A stretch of DNA of 64,000 nt from NCBI GenBank assembly GCA_951406725.2, contig OX597838.1:23870001-23934000 (forward strand), read 5' to 3'. The notes under the pieces were generated by a model that was given only the letters and a program-made list of their open reading frames with translations, had not been told where the DNA came from and searched no databases. A program made the position numbers and the translations under genes. The stretch comes from Octopus vulgaris (taxonomy: Eukaryota). Positions 27,776-40,633 of this stretch are shown piece by piece (position 1 is the first letter of the stretch; every line of letters starts with the position of its first letter).

Positions 27776-28008
27776 AAGGCGGCGAGCTGGCAGAGACGTT
27801 AGTGCACCGGGCGAAATGCTTAGCAGTATTCCGTCTGCCGTTACATTCTGAGTTCAAATTCCACCGAGGTCGACTTTACCTTTCATCCTTTCGGGGTCGA
27901 TAAATAAAGTACCAGTTACGCACTGGGGTCGATGTAATCGACTTAATCCCTTTGTCTGTCTTTGTTTGTCCCCTCTATGTTTAGCCCCTTGTGGTCAATA
28001 AAGAAATA
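27776..28008 (+). mobile_element. SINE with Tx1-like tail and 16-bp TSD, nested in a CORE-like SINE
   Basis: TSD TATTATAGGCCCAGGC at 27760-27775 and 28009-28024. Confidence 0.9.
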
Positions 28009-28180
28009 TATTATAGGCCCAGGCTATGGTATTTTGTTAGTGAATTTGATATATGGAAACTGTGTGGAAGCCTGTTGCATGCATATCATATTAAAGGAAA
28101 AATCAAAACCAAGGCAAAATGAATATCTCAAGACATTTAGAATAGTTTAATGAGGGTAAGGTGAATTTGATAGATATATA

Positions 28181-28566
28181 CAGGGTGCGATGGGTAAATT
28201 GTTGCCATTTTATATTTTTAATTCCACCTAACATCTGGCCAGACTGCAATCTCCTTGATTATTATGTGTGGGGCGCAGTTGAGCGAGAGACCAACAAAAC
28301 TCCTTGTAACACCAAAGATGAACTGAAAGCAAGGATTATGGCAGCATTCACCAAATTATCAAGGAGATCGTCCAGAAGAGTTGCAGGAGATTCTGAAGTC
28401 GTTTGGAGGCCGTAGTTGAAGCCAATGGTGATTTTACTGAATAAATTTACTCTTTAGTATTTCAAGATATTTTTATGCAGTTTTGGTAAATATATCTGTT
28501 AAAATGAGATGTCAGTGTTATTTTCATTTTTGTGTAATTTAGACAGCAATTTATTCACTGCATCCC
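28181..28566 (+). mobile_element. Internally deleted Tc1/mariner-superfamily element
   Basis: TA|CAGGGTGCG..GGTAAATTGTTG left TIR, GACAGCAATTTATTCACTGCATCCC right TIR; PDCNLLDYYVWGAVERETNKTP..DELKARI transposase C-terminus. Confidence 0.85.
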
Positions 28567-28630
28567 CACCCCCAAAATTGCTACCCTTGTGGAAAAATTT
28601 GAAACCATTATTATTATTATCACCATTATC

Positions 28631-28708
<78 letters not shown>

Positions 28709-28931
28709 ATAATCATTAAGGTAGTGAGTTGGCAAAATCGTTAGCACACTGGATGAAATGTGTAGTGGTATTTCACCTGCCGCTATGTTCTGAGTTCAAA
28801 TTCCGCCAAGGTTGACTTTGCCTTTCATCCTTTCGGGGTCAATAAAGTAAGTACCAGTTGAACACTGGGGTCAATGTCATCGACTAGCCCCCTTCCCCAA
28901 AATTGCCGTCCTTGTGGAAAAATTCGAAACA

Positions 28932-28968
<37 letters not shown>

Positions 28969-29067
28969 GCATCATCATTATTGTTATTACTATTATTATT
29001 ATTATTATTATTATTAGCATCATCATTATTGTTATTATTATTATTATTATTATTAGCATCATCATTA

Positions 29068-29103
<36 letters not shown>

Positions 29104-29224
29104 GCATCATTATTATTATTATTATTATTATTAGCATCATCATTATTATTATTATTATTATTAGCATCATCATCATTATTATTATTATTATTAGCATCAT
29201 CATCATCATTATTATTATTATTAT

Positions 29225-29782
29225 TGAGTGAGAGAGCAGTGCATGCCATCAAAGTGGCACTGGGATAAAATATACGAAGCCCAGTATACCCATCATTACT
29301 ACTCGTCTGATAAGGGTACACCAGGCACATGCATCATAACCATATGTGCACGACATGGTGATCTGATATCAAGATTAAACAGTGCATGACCTTACAGGGA
29401 AGGCCTAGTTAGAATTTTCTTCAGGTTGCTTAGCCCATCCCGCACAAAAGGTCCCTGAATAAGGATTGTTTAAGGATGTTGAAGGAAGCACCCATGTTTC
29501 CAGAGGTGAATTATCCAAGCCTCACAGAATTCCTCTCAACACATGGTTATGATGCTCCCCAACTACTTCTGCTCGTGATCAGAGATGCACATATCGTCAG
29601 CCACTAAGGGACATGCTCAACTGGTTAAGGTCAAACAACTGACAAGCAAATCTGTGGTATTGAGCAGAATATTTGCTGTAGCCTGTCTTTCATACCAAGA
29701 CAAAACAATGTACATGATAACACTTCCAATCAGTTAAGATCAGAAGCCACGAGAGCCACTGCTTGGTACTGCATCAGGGCAT
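29225..29782 (-). mobile_element. ~560-bp non-coding interspersed element bounded by (TAA)n on both sides
   Basis: Partial copies at 3597-3730, 15900-16070 and 63925-64000. Confidence 0.75.
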
Positions 29783-30297
29783 TATTATTATTATTATTAT
29801 GGTAATGAATTGGTAGGATTGCTTTGAGGTTATTTGTCCTGAATTTTTATGCTCTATGTTCAAATCCCACTGGGGTCAACTTTGCCTTTCATCCATTCAT
29901 GATCAATAAAACAGAGAATCAGTCAAAGAGTGGAATCACTGAAATTGCTTAAGAATCTCCCCCATCAAAAGTGTTGGCCTCATGCCAAAATTGACATTAT
30001 TATCATTGATTCTTGCTTTGAAAGACATATTTTTTATTTACATTGTGATCCGTGGATTAAATTACGTTTGAGCTTTGCAAAAATTGTGTATTACTGTTTA
30101 TCTAATTACATAAAATCATTGTTCGAGAAGGTGAGGGTTGCAATGGCTCTGTGGTTAAGAAGTTTGTTTCGGAACCGTGTGGCTTCAGGTTCAGTTCCAC
30201 TCCAATGTGTGGCACTTTGGGCAAGTGTCCTTCTCTAAGTCAACCATTGCATTGAGTGTATTGACTGATGGGCAGAAACTATAAGAAGCCCATGAAA

Positions 30298-30695
30298 TCT
30301 TTATATATAAAAGAGAGGTTGTGTGCTGCCTGTCTCCTACGATTTAGATTCCTAACTACTCCCACATTTTGCGGTGCAGTTTAACCAAAACCGGGTATCT
30401 TATAGTCGTGATTCATATCGAGCCCTTCTGGGTATTAGCGCGTGTCTACAATAAGTCTCCGATTAAAAAAAAAATTTACCATCAATTTTCCCCATTTTTA
30501 ATGCATTTTTGGCATATATAAGGGAAGTAATTCTCTAAAAATTTATTATTAAATCTCAGAACGTAAAAAGCTACAGTAACACCCCCTCGCTTTGTGGTTA
30601 GCCATATTGAGATGGCTATTATACTTTACATCTCTAAAAATGCTTATATAGTTATTTCCCTTACAAACCCGAGCAACGCCGGGCGATACTGCTAG
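30298..30695 (+). mobile_element. Non-autonomous Helitron
   Basis: A|TC 5' end, subterminal hairpin CCCGAGCAACGCCGGG (30668-30683), CTAG|T 3' end, no TSD. Confidence 0.85.
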
Positions 30696-32141
30696 TATAT
30701 ATATATATTCTTTTACTTGTTTCAGTCATTTGACTGCAGCCATGCTGGAGCACCAGCTTGAGGAGTATTAATCGAACAAATTGACCCCAGGACTTATTCA
30801 CATTGGTGTTGGTACTGGTGTCGTGTAAAAAAAATACAATCGATGGTGCCACTGAAAAACACCTAGTACACTCTGTGGAGTGGCTGGCATTAGGAAGGGC
30901 ATCCAGCTGTAGAAATAAAGCCAAAGCAGACTATGGGACCTGGTGTGGCCCCCTGGCCTTACCAGTTCCTGTCAAGCCACCCAACCCATCTCAATTTAGA
31001 AAACGAACGTTAAATGGTGACAATGTGCATATGTGTGTGTCTGTCTTCCCCTTTTCTTGATAATTGCTCAGTGGTTACAAACAAAGTCACCAGTGAAAGA
31101 AATGGTGTCATTTGTTTCATATCTTGGGTAAAAACACGGTCAGCCATTGAGTTTAATCCTTCTTTGAAGAACTGGGGGAAATGTTACCTATTTGTATTAC
31201 CTCACCTTCAAAACAGGTTTAGGGTCGGTGACAGAAAGAGCATCCAGTTGTTGAAAACTGGTCCACAAAACTTTTCTCTAGTGTATGGAAGCCTTGACAA
31301 GTGGACATTCAAACAGTGTTTTGTTAAGGTTATTTCTACAGATATTCTATATAAATTATGGCCAGCTCTTGTTTTTGCTACAACACCGATTCAAACAGTG
31401 GTGGTGGTGATGATGATGTATGGAAGCAAAAAAAAAATAACATTTGGAAATTTATTTTGATATTCCACATTCATTTCAGAACGTCAACCAATTTCCACAG
31501 AAAACCAACAAACTGTAAACTTTGAATGACAGAAATGAATGTATGTGTGCGCGCATATACATACTTACATACTTATACACAAACACACACATATACATAC
31601 ATATATCAATTTAATACACAACCGAAAGAGCCACCAAGTTTCATGCTTCTATGATACCCTTAACTAGGCATATTTATAAATATGTATCTCCATGTATCTC
31701 CAAGTATCTCCAAGCAATCTTTCAGGCTTTGTTTACGCATTACATATTGTATAAATATGTCTATTTAAAGTATCACAAAAGTATGAAACTATCAGTAGTT
31801 CTTTTCAGTTTATTTTATTTTTTTTATCTAGTTTCAGCTCACAAGCTGTGGCCATGCTGGGGCACCGCCATTTGTTGTGTATTAAATTGATATTTATCTC
31901 TCATTGGATGGGGCACATTGTTTTTTTTTTTGTTGATTCTACTTATATTGGATTTATAAACTACACACACACACACACACACATTTAAACATACATCATC
32001 ATCATCATCATCGTTTTTACACAGAAACCAACAAACTATATACTCTGAATGATAAAAATGACTGTTTGTGTGCGCATATACATACATATATACTTATACA
32101 CAAACACACATATATACATACATATATCAATTTAATACACA

Positions 32142-32213
32142 ACATCGGTAGTATAGTGGTAAGGATCCCCGCCTGTCACGTGGGAGACTGGGGTTCGATT
32201 CCCCACTGAGGAG
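32142..32213 (+). pseudogene. tRNA-Asp(GTC) retrocopy fused to a SINE/LINE-type tail
   Basis: TAGTATAGTGGTAAGGATCCCCGCCTGTCACGTGGGAGACTGGGGTTCGATTCCCC is close to metazoan tRNA-Asp; anticodon GTC at 32175-32177; acceptor stem mismatched. Confidence 0.85.
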
Positions 32214-32670
32214 ACATTTTTACTTAACGGCGGTGCATCAGCATGGCCACAGCTCTGAGCTGAAACTAGAGAAAAAAAACAAACCGAAAGAACTACTATT
32301 AGTTTCATGCTCCTATGATACCTTAACTAGGCTTATTTATAAAATATGCCACATATCTCCAAGCAATCTTTCAGGCTCTGTTTATGCATTACACATTTTA
32401 CATACCATCATCAAGTGGAGGCGCGTGGCTTAGTGGTTAGGGTGTCAGCATCATGATCGTAAGATTGTGGTTTCGATTCCTGGACTGGGCAACGCGTTGT
32501 GTTCTTGAGCAAAGCACTTCATTTCATGTTACTCCAGTCCACTCAGCTGGCAAAAATGAGTAACGCTGTGATGGACTGGTGTCCTGTCCAGCTGGGGAAC
32601 ACATATGCCATTGAAACCGGGAAACCGGGCCCACGAGCCTGGCTAGGCTTTAAAAGAGGGCACATTTATT

Positions 32671-32836
32671 GTGGAGGCACATGGCCTAGTGGTTAGAGCA
32701 GCGAGTTCGCAGTTGAGGGATCGCGGGTTCGAATCTCAGACCGGGCGATGTGTGTGTTTATGAGCAAAACACCTAAGCTCAACGTGGCTCCAGCAGAAGG
32801 TAATGGCGAACTTCTGCTGACTCTTTCGCCACAACT
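32671..32836 (+). mobile_element. 5' half of a tRNA-derived SINE
   Basis: A/B boxes; colinear with the 9662-9958 copy up to CCACAACT, then ends. Confidence 0.85.
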
Positions 32837-33204
32837 GGTAACGGCTCAAAGAGCCATGGAAAGGTCAATGCTTGGTATCTCGTTGAGAGAACACATGAGT
32901 AGCGAGATCATCAGAAAGAAGTACGGCGTGAGAGATGTCATCGCAGAGTATACACGCAGCAAGTTTAGATGGGCTGCACACGTCGCCCGACTCACCGATA
33001 ATTGGTGGATCCGTGCAGTTGTCGAGTGGTACCCGCGCGAGCGGAAACGACCACCCGGAAGGCCTCCACGACGGTGAAGTTACGATTTCAGGAAGACGAT
33101 TGGGATCACATGGATGACAAAGGCGTGATCCAGAGAGGAGTGGATAGCGTGCTGTGACCAGCGGTGTCAAATGGACGCCCGACGGACTGGTCGGTCAAGG
33201 TGAT
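32832..33204 (+). pseudogene. RTE-clade LINE 3' fragment
   Basis: QRAMERSMLGISLREH...SKFRWAAHVARLTDNWW..VVEWYPRERKRPPGRPPRR, the typical RTE C-terminus. Confidence 0.9.
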
Positions 33205-33526
33205 ATATATATATAGATATATATTAAACTATGGTTGCAGAACAAACAAATATAAGGTCATCCACGTAACATTTCATATTTCGAACATTTAATCACATAA
33301 TGATTTTTCTTTCACATAGAATATACATGCATAAAATCACAGAAGATGAAACACAACCCATCAATACAAGCATATAAGAAAAATGTGTGAATACAGTCCA
33401 TCGCGATTAAAAGTTGATGGTTAATACTTTAGCGGTCCTATTAAACATTTAGCGATCTTATTAAACATTTTGTTCCTGATAAGAAACAATCACTTTATTA
33501 TTGATATTTATATATATATACATATG

Positions 33527-33577
<51 letters not shown>

Positions 33578-33590
33578 TATACATGTACAT

Positions 33591-33984
33591 CAGCAATGTG
33601 CCACCTAGGTAGGCTTGGTAGGCAGTGCCTACCTTGAATAAAATAGATGGAAAGCAACATTTTCCATTTACAGCAAAACATGGACCTAATTTAATAAAAT
33701 TATGAAGGTTACTCTGATTACTATGCATAAAATGCAAAATATTTTATTTTTTTTGTAGATTAGGTAGGCATAATGTACCCCTGTTTTTCAATGTCAGTAT
33801 TTAAGCTATACATAGTACTGCTGCATACACTCCTAAAACACCATTTTCTTTACGTGCTATAAAGGCTGAAATATATCTGCTTTCAACTCAGTCGTATGCC
33901 CATGTTTCACTTATTTTTTGTGCATTTTACTACATAAAGGTTACCAACTGCCAACCCTGAGTAATTACTGATGGCACGTGCCTG
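33591..33984. mobile_element. hAT-type MITE
   Basis: Imperfect TIRs CAGCAATGTGCCA / TGGCACGTGCCTG; 8-bp TSD ATGTACAT / ATGTATAT. Confidence 0.7.
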
Positions 33985-33991
33985 ATGTATA

Positions 33992-34024
<33 letters not shown>

Positions 34025-34050
34025 TTGTAATATGTGACAATTATTCAGTA

Positions 34051-34120
34051 GCCATAATAAAACTCTGAGTTCCGAATGTCAGGGTGGAAATCCACACCAC
34101 CATCTCTTCAGTTATACGGC
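34051..34120 (-). ncRNA. Type-I hammerhead motif, degenerate (GGAA for GAAA)
   Basis: Minus strand GCCGTATAA-CTGAAGA-GATG...CATTC-GGAA-CTCAGAG-TT-TTATTATGGC; helix I GCCGTATAA/TTATTATGGC. Confidence 0.6.
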
Positions 34121-34177
34121 CATCGGAAAAAATGCTATGAAAATATATATATAAATATTTAAATCATAAATATTTAA

Positions 34178-34245
34178 ATCACCTGAAGAATGACTGTAAC
34201 TCGAAATTTTAAGAATTGGACAGCCATGAAACGATCGTAGTGTTA
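34178..34245 (+). ncRNA. Minimal type-I hammerhead ribozyme motif
   Basis: CAC-CTGAAGA-ATGACTGT...ACAGCCAT-GAAA-CGATCG-TA-GTG; palindromic helix III. Confidence 0.8.
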
Positions 34246-34454
34246 TACTAATTATCTTTTTTTAATAATTTTGATATATATTTAAAATAATATAAATTAA
34301 TTAATCTTATGTATTGGCTTAAGTTTTTCATTGTATGATTTGCCTAATAGTGGTTTTATCTCTAATTTAATATAATATAATATTTTACTATAAAATTGGA
34401 TTCAATCCTAAATCTGATTTTTCCCTGTAAGTTTGGATTTATTCCCTAATATTT

Positions 34455-34489
<35 letters not shown>

Positions 34490-35041
34490 TGATTTATACA
34501 TTAAATTAATAATAATATACATATGTATAAATTATATATATATACATGTGTATATATATTTACATATATATACATATATACACACACATATATACACACA
34601 CATACATATATACACACACACATACATATATATATACACACACACAGATATATATATATATATATTTTAATTATATTCAAAAGAAGCAAGGGCTGAGAGC
34701 TTCATGCATTGGCAAATTCTATGTCAACAGGTGTCTCATTGTATATTTTTCTTTTTCTCCTGCCTCCTAGTTCTTTTTATTTCCTATCCTTTCATAAAGG
34801 GTTTCATCCTGAACATTAAATTCCCTTCTGTTTCCTCCTTTGTAGCATGAAGCTTCATTGTACACTTCTGTGTTTGATGAATTTCACTTTATATTTCTAC
34901 TCTTTTAAAGCATGTGCTTTTGCACCTTGCACTCTATTATTTGTTGGTTGCTTTCCTTCAAATTTTACAAATCGTATTTGTATAGCACACACACACTTAT
35001 TATCATCATCGTCATTTAACTTGTGTATGTTTGTGTGTGTG

Positions 35042-35080
<39 letters not shown>

Positions 35081-35104
35081 AAATAGATAACAGATGGATT
35101 GTAA

Positions 35105-35191
35105 TTCACTACAGCTGTTTCAGACACGGTTTTTATTGATGAACATATGTGTTATATCATGCAAAAAAACATAACCTTTTCATCAGGTGAA
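35105..35191 (-). ncRNA. Type-I hammerhead motif (inverted partner of 35309-35393; helix II eroded)
   Basis: Minus strand TTCAC-CTGATGA-...-GAAA-CAGCTG-TA-GTGAA. Confidence 0.7.
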
Positions 35192-35308
35192 TACAATTAA
35201 GAAATAAACATTTCATTTTCAACTCTCTGAATGAATTTGGGTTGGTAGAGTCAAATGGCACAATACACTTGTTCTTAAGATGTTCAAAATATTTAATTCT
35301 TATCTGTA

Positions 35309-35393
35309 TTCACCTGATGAAAACGTTTTTGTATTGCATGATGTAACACTTCTGATCATCAATAAAAGACACGTCTGAAACAGCTGTAGTGAA
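35309..35393 (+). ncRNA. Minimal type-I hammerhead ribozyme motif
   Basis: TTCAC-CTGATGA-AAACGT...ACGTCT-GAAA-CAGCTG-TA-GTGAA; perfect helix I, palindromic helix III. Confidence 0.85.
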
Positions 35394-35414
35394 CCATAAT
35401 CCATCTGTTGTTAT

Positions 35415-35597
35415 TTGTCTAACCTTCACAGTTCCAGTGATGGATTGGATCTGTAGTCTTCGAATTAGTTTTCTCCTTTCTTGTTTTGAGAAATCTAATT
35501 TCTCAAGATTGGTATTTAGGCAGTGTGTTACATACCCTAGTTCCACAATAATTACAGATATAAACCTGAACTTGTAATCTGGATAGAGTAACTGCAG
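35415..35597 (-). pseudogene. C-terminal fragment of a restriction-like-endonuclease non-LTR element (R4/Dong-like)
   Basis: [23 protein letters not shown]...LEKLDF...LIRRLQIQSITGTVKV resembles the P(V/I)IIGxLG...LQ...GT.KI end of RLE domains. Confidence 0.6.
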
Positions 35598-35649
35598 TAT
35601 ATATAGATATACACATAAATACACACACATGCACATATAAATATATATA

Positions 35650-35685
<36 letters not shown>

Positions 35686-36163
35686 TATACACACACACAC
35701 TCCTATACATATACATGTGTGTATATATATACATTTATACATATACACATATATAATACACACATATGCATACATATATATACACACACACATAGATAAA
35801 TATACATATATATATGCATATATATATATGTATATATGCATATATATATATGCATACATATATATATATATATATATACAGATATATATATACATATACA
35901 TAAATAGATACATTCGTATATATACATAAATAGATACATTCGTATATATACATACATATATAAATTCGTATATATACATATGTATATACGTTCTTATACA
36001 TATATATAAACATACATTTATATACATATTTACAAATACACACATATCTATACATATATATACATACCTACAGATACACACATATATATATAAATATATA
36101 TATACATACATATATACATACACATATACTTATATATATACACACACACATGTATATATATAG

Positions 36164-36210
<47 letters not shown>

Positions 36211-36631
36211 TATACATACATATATACACATACATACATATACATATGCATATATATATACATACATACCTATATATATATATATATATACACATACATA
36301 CGTATATATACACATACATATATAAACATAATACATATATATATATACACATACTTACATATATATACACACATACATATATAAACATAATACATATATA
36401 TACACACATACATATATAAACATAATACATATATATACACACATACATATATAAACATAATACATATATATACACACATATATATATATACACATACATA
36501 CATATATAAACATAATACATATATATATACACATACTTACATAGATAAACATAATACATATATATATACACATACTTACATTGATAAACATAATACATAT
36601 ATATACACACATACATATATAGACATAATAC

Positions 36632-36687
<56 letters not shown>

Positions 36688-36940
36688 TACACATACATAT
36701 ATACACACATACATATAATATATACACACACACACATATATATATACACACACACATATATATATACACACACACATATATATACACACACACCCACACA
36801 CACACATTTACAATGATTCCTACTTCTGATTCTACTACTACAGCTACTATCACTACCAATAATAGTAGTAGTTGTGCTGAGAGTCATACTAACTATTATT
36901 ATGATAATGTTATTTGCTACGACTTTAATAATACTACTAA

Positions 36941-37626
36941 TAGCTGCTGCTAGTACTATTGCCACTACCACTACTACAAATAATAATAATAATGATAATA
37001 ATATTTATAATAATAATTACCAAAATATATTGAAAATGGATCATATAACATTAATTTCAATAACAGCAACATCATACAAACAAATTCAAGTAATTTATGT
37101 TATTGTTGAATAAAAATGTCTTCGTCCTTTAAATAGTAACTGTCTTGTGTAAAACATGATTTAGAAATACTCCATCCATACTCACCAAAAAAACATATCA
37201 ATATATAGGTATTAAAATTCTGAAATTTAAATTAAGATACTATAACCATATTTCTTCTTTCAAATATAAAACTAAATCTAACAACACTAGCTGCTGCTAG
37301 TAGTACTGTAACTACCACTTCTACAAATAATAATAATAATGATAATAATAATAATTACCATAATAATATTGAAAATGGATCATATAACTTTAATTTCAAT
37401 AACAGCAACATCATACAAACAAATTCAAGTAAATTATGTTATTGTTGAATAAAAATGTCTTTGTCTTTTAAATAGTAACTGTCTTCTGTAAATCATGATT
37501 TAGAAATACTCCATCCATACTCACCAAAAAAACATATCAATATATAGGTATTAAAATTCTGAAATTTAAATTAAGATACTATAACCATATTTCTTCTTTC
37601 AAATATAAAACTAAATATAACAACAC
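36941..37626. repeat. Local tandem duplication, ~345-bp unit x2
   Basis: TAGCTGCTGCTAGTA at 36941 and 37288; bodies nearly identical. Confidence 0.92.
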
Positions 37627-38345
37627 ACCCATAGTCATTCTTATTTAGAAGTTAAAAGGTAAAAGTATAAAATGCACACTATCTTGGTCAATTATTAAAA
37701 ATGTCACTCCGTATAAATCAAGTCATAAATTTTGAAATTTATGTTTATTAGAAAGCAAACTGTAAAAACCATATTAACAAGCACAAAGTATCATTTGATG
37801 CTTACATGAAAAATATAACACATTTTAATACTTTCTCAATAAAATTATTACTATAAAATATAACTTACCTTACTAACTATGACAGATATTATCAATATTA
37901 ATATAACATCTATGTTGTGAGTATATTTGTCTGTGTAGGATGTGTGTATGTGCATATATGTCATCATCATCATTTAATATCTGCTGTCCATGCTGGCATG
38001 GGTTGGACAGTTTGACCAGAGCTGGCAAGCTGGAAGGCTGCACCAGACTCCAGTTTGATTTGGCATGGTTTGTATTGCTGGATGCTCTTCCTAATGCCAA
38101 CCACTCCGAAAGTGTAATGGGTGCTTTTACATGCCACTGGCACAGGTGCCATTTGCATGACACCAGTATCTGCCACAACTGTGATTTTGCTTGGCTTGAT
38201 GGGTCTTTTTCTAAAGCACCACATAATGCCAAAGGTCTTGGTCATTGCCTCCGTGAGGCCTAACACTCAAAAGGAGCTCTCTCTCTCTCTCTCCATGTAT
38301 ATATGTATGTGCATACATACGTATATATGTATGTGTATACATATA

Positions 38346-38575
38346 AGGCGGTGAGCCGGCAGAAACGTTAGCATGCCAGGCGAAATACGTAGCCGTATTT
38401 CGTCTGCCATTATATTCTGAGTTCAAATTCCGCCAAGGTAGACTTTGCCTTTTATCCTTTCGGGGTCGATAAATTAAGTACTAGTTACACACTGGGGTCA
38501 ATGGAATCGACTTAATCTGTTTGTCTGTCCTTGTTTGTCCCCTCTGTGTGTAGCCCCTCGTGGGTAGTAAAGAAA
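38346..38575 (+). mobile_element. SINE with Tx1-like tail and 24-bp TSD
   Basis: TATATATGTATGTGTATACATATA at 38322-38345 and 38576-38599. Confidence 0.85.
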
Positions 38576-38637
38576 TATATATGTATGTGTATACATATAT
38601 GTGTGTGTGTGTATATTTTAGCAAGTTCTAGCTATTT

Positions 38638-38740
38638 ATCACATGAAGAGACACATCTGCACTGTCGGATGCTCCTGAACCAGGTAAGTATCCCACCCAT
38701 GAGAGATCGATGCTAGATGTGTCGAAACAATTGCAGTGAT
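38638..38740 (+). ncRNA. Degenerate type-I hammerhead motif (two core substitutions)
   Basis: ATCAC-aTGAAGA-GACACATCT...AGATGTGTC-GAAA-CAATTG-cA-GTGAT; helices I and II perfect, helix III palindromic. Confidence 0.7.
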
Positions 38741-39077
38741 TAATAAAAATTCTCGTATCTTCCATCTTCTGTCTTTCATTTACCATATATATGTGTGTGT
38801 GTGTGTGTGTGTGTATGCAAGTGTACATGTGTATCTGAGTGTGTTTATCTGTGGGTACATGTATAAGTATATGCGTGTCCCTGTATGTATCACTGTATAC
38901 ATCTTCTTTTGTGTGTATATGCATGCACATCATCAAACCGTCTGTATGTTCATACTTGCACACAATTACAAGATATATCATTGCCTACCTTTGATATTGC
39001 ATGTGCTTAATACTATAAAATGAATGCATATGCAACTGTATATATTCTGTGTATATAAATATATGAGTATAATATAT

Positions 39078-39144
<67 letters not shown>

Positions 39145-39474
39145 TCCGTTTCCTTGTATGGTTTTTATGTTTTCGTTTCTCGTTGTGTAAGTATGTTCAT
39201 ATATGTATGTATGTATGTATGTATGTACGCATATGTTTTATTTATTAAATTGTTATATATATATATATATACTTTTTTTTGTCTGTAATTGCTTATGTGT
39301 CTTAGTTATCTATAATCAAACACACACATCATCATGAATTACACATTCTCTTACTAAGTACAATTTACTTCATCTTATTTCAAAAATATTTTTGATTATG
39401 AAAACAACAATTATAAACTTTGATTCTTTCTTGGTGTGTGTGCATGTGTGTGTGTGCACATCATCATCATCATC

Positions 39475-39513
<39 letters not shown>

Positions 39514-39956
39514 TATGTACACTAAATGTTGCAGTCATGTACAATAAAATGTATGCTTAAATGTATGCGTATATGTGTGTACGTGTTTGCACAAGTGTCT
39601 ACTCACAAAGATGCATAAATGCTATTATGGTTTTAAATATTTCTTGCTTTTTGTCATTTGTTGAAAAAGTGTACACACTTACATCTATCTATATTTCCTC
39701 CTTCCCCCAAGATAAAATTTTGGCTTATTGGTTATTTTTTATATATATATATATATTTCATTCCACATACATTTGTAATTTTTTTCTTGTCAAAATAGTC
39801 ATATGTAACAATTTGTAACCATCTTTCAAATTTAGTGTGTGATGTATGCATGTATGTCAAGGTGTATGAACTTATGTATGGGCGTGTGTGATTGTGTATA
39901 TGCATGTGTGTATGAATATATATGTGCATATATTTGCGTGTGTGTGTGAGTGTGTG

Positions 39957-39999
<43 letters not shown>

Positions 40000-40116
40000 T
40001 TGTATATATTAGTATGTTTGTAAAGATCTACATACATAAACTTGTTGATATCCATCTGAATCTGTACATGTATATCATTTTGTATATCATTATATGTATG
40101 ATAATGCATGCATGTG

Positions 40117-40155
<39 letters not shown>

Positions 40156-40633
40156 CTCTATTTTCTCTTTCTTTTCTATAATTTATCATTTGCTCTTCTT
40201 TCCTTCATCCCCAACTATCGCTTCACTTCATCCAAATTTTTCTTTCCTTTTCCTTTAATTTTTTCAACCATTTGACTGTGGCCATGCTGGAGCAGTGCCT
40301 TGAAGGGTTTTAGTCAAATAAGCTGACCCCAGGACTTATTTTTTAAAGTCTCTTTTTTTTTTCAATCTCTTTTGCCAAACCGCTAAGTTATGGGGAAATA
40401 AACACACCAAAACAGGTTGTCCAGTAGTGATAGGTGAAACAAACACAAAGGCACACATACACACACAGACATATATACACACACAGACATATACACACAC
40501 ACAGACATATACACACACAACAGGCTTCTTTCAGTTTCCATCTACCAAATCCATTCACAAGGCTTTGGTCGGCCAGAGGCTTTAGTAGAAGGCACTTGTC
40601 CAAGGTTCCATGCAGTAGGACTGAACCTAGTGG

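Noticed and set aside
32142-32213. Functional tRNA-Asp gene
   Set aside because: Acceptor stem broken, CpG decay, and it is an insertion relative to the paralogous empty site.
37180-37530. GTGAGT donor-like sites in the tandem duplication
   Set aside because: Preceded by AT-rich sequence with no credible exon.
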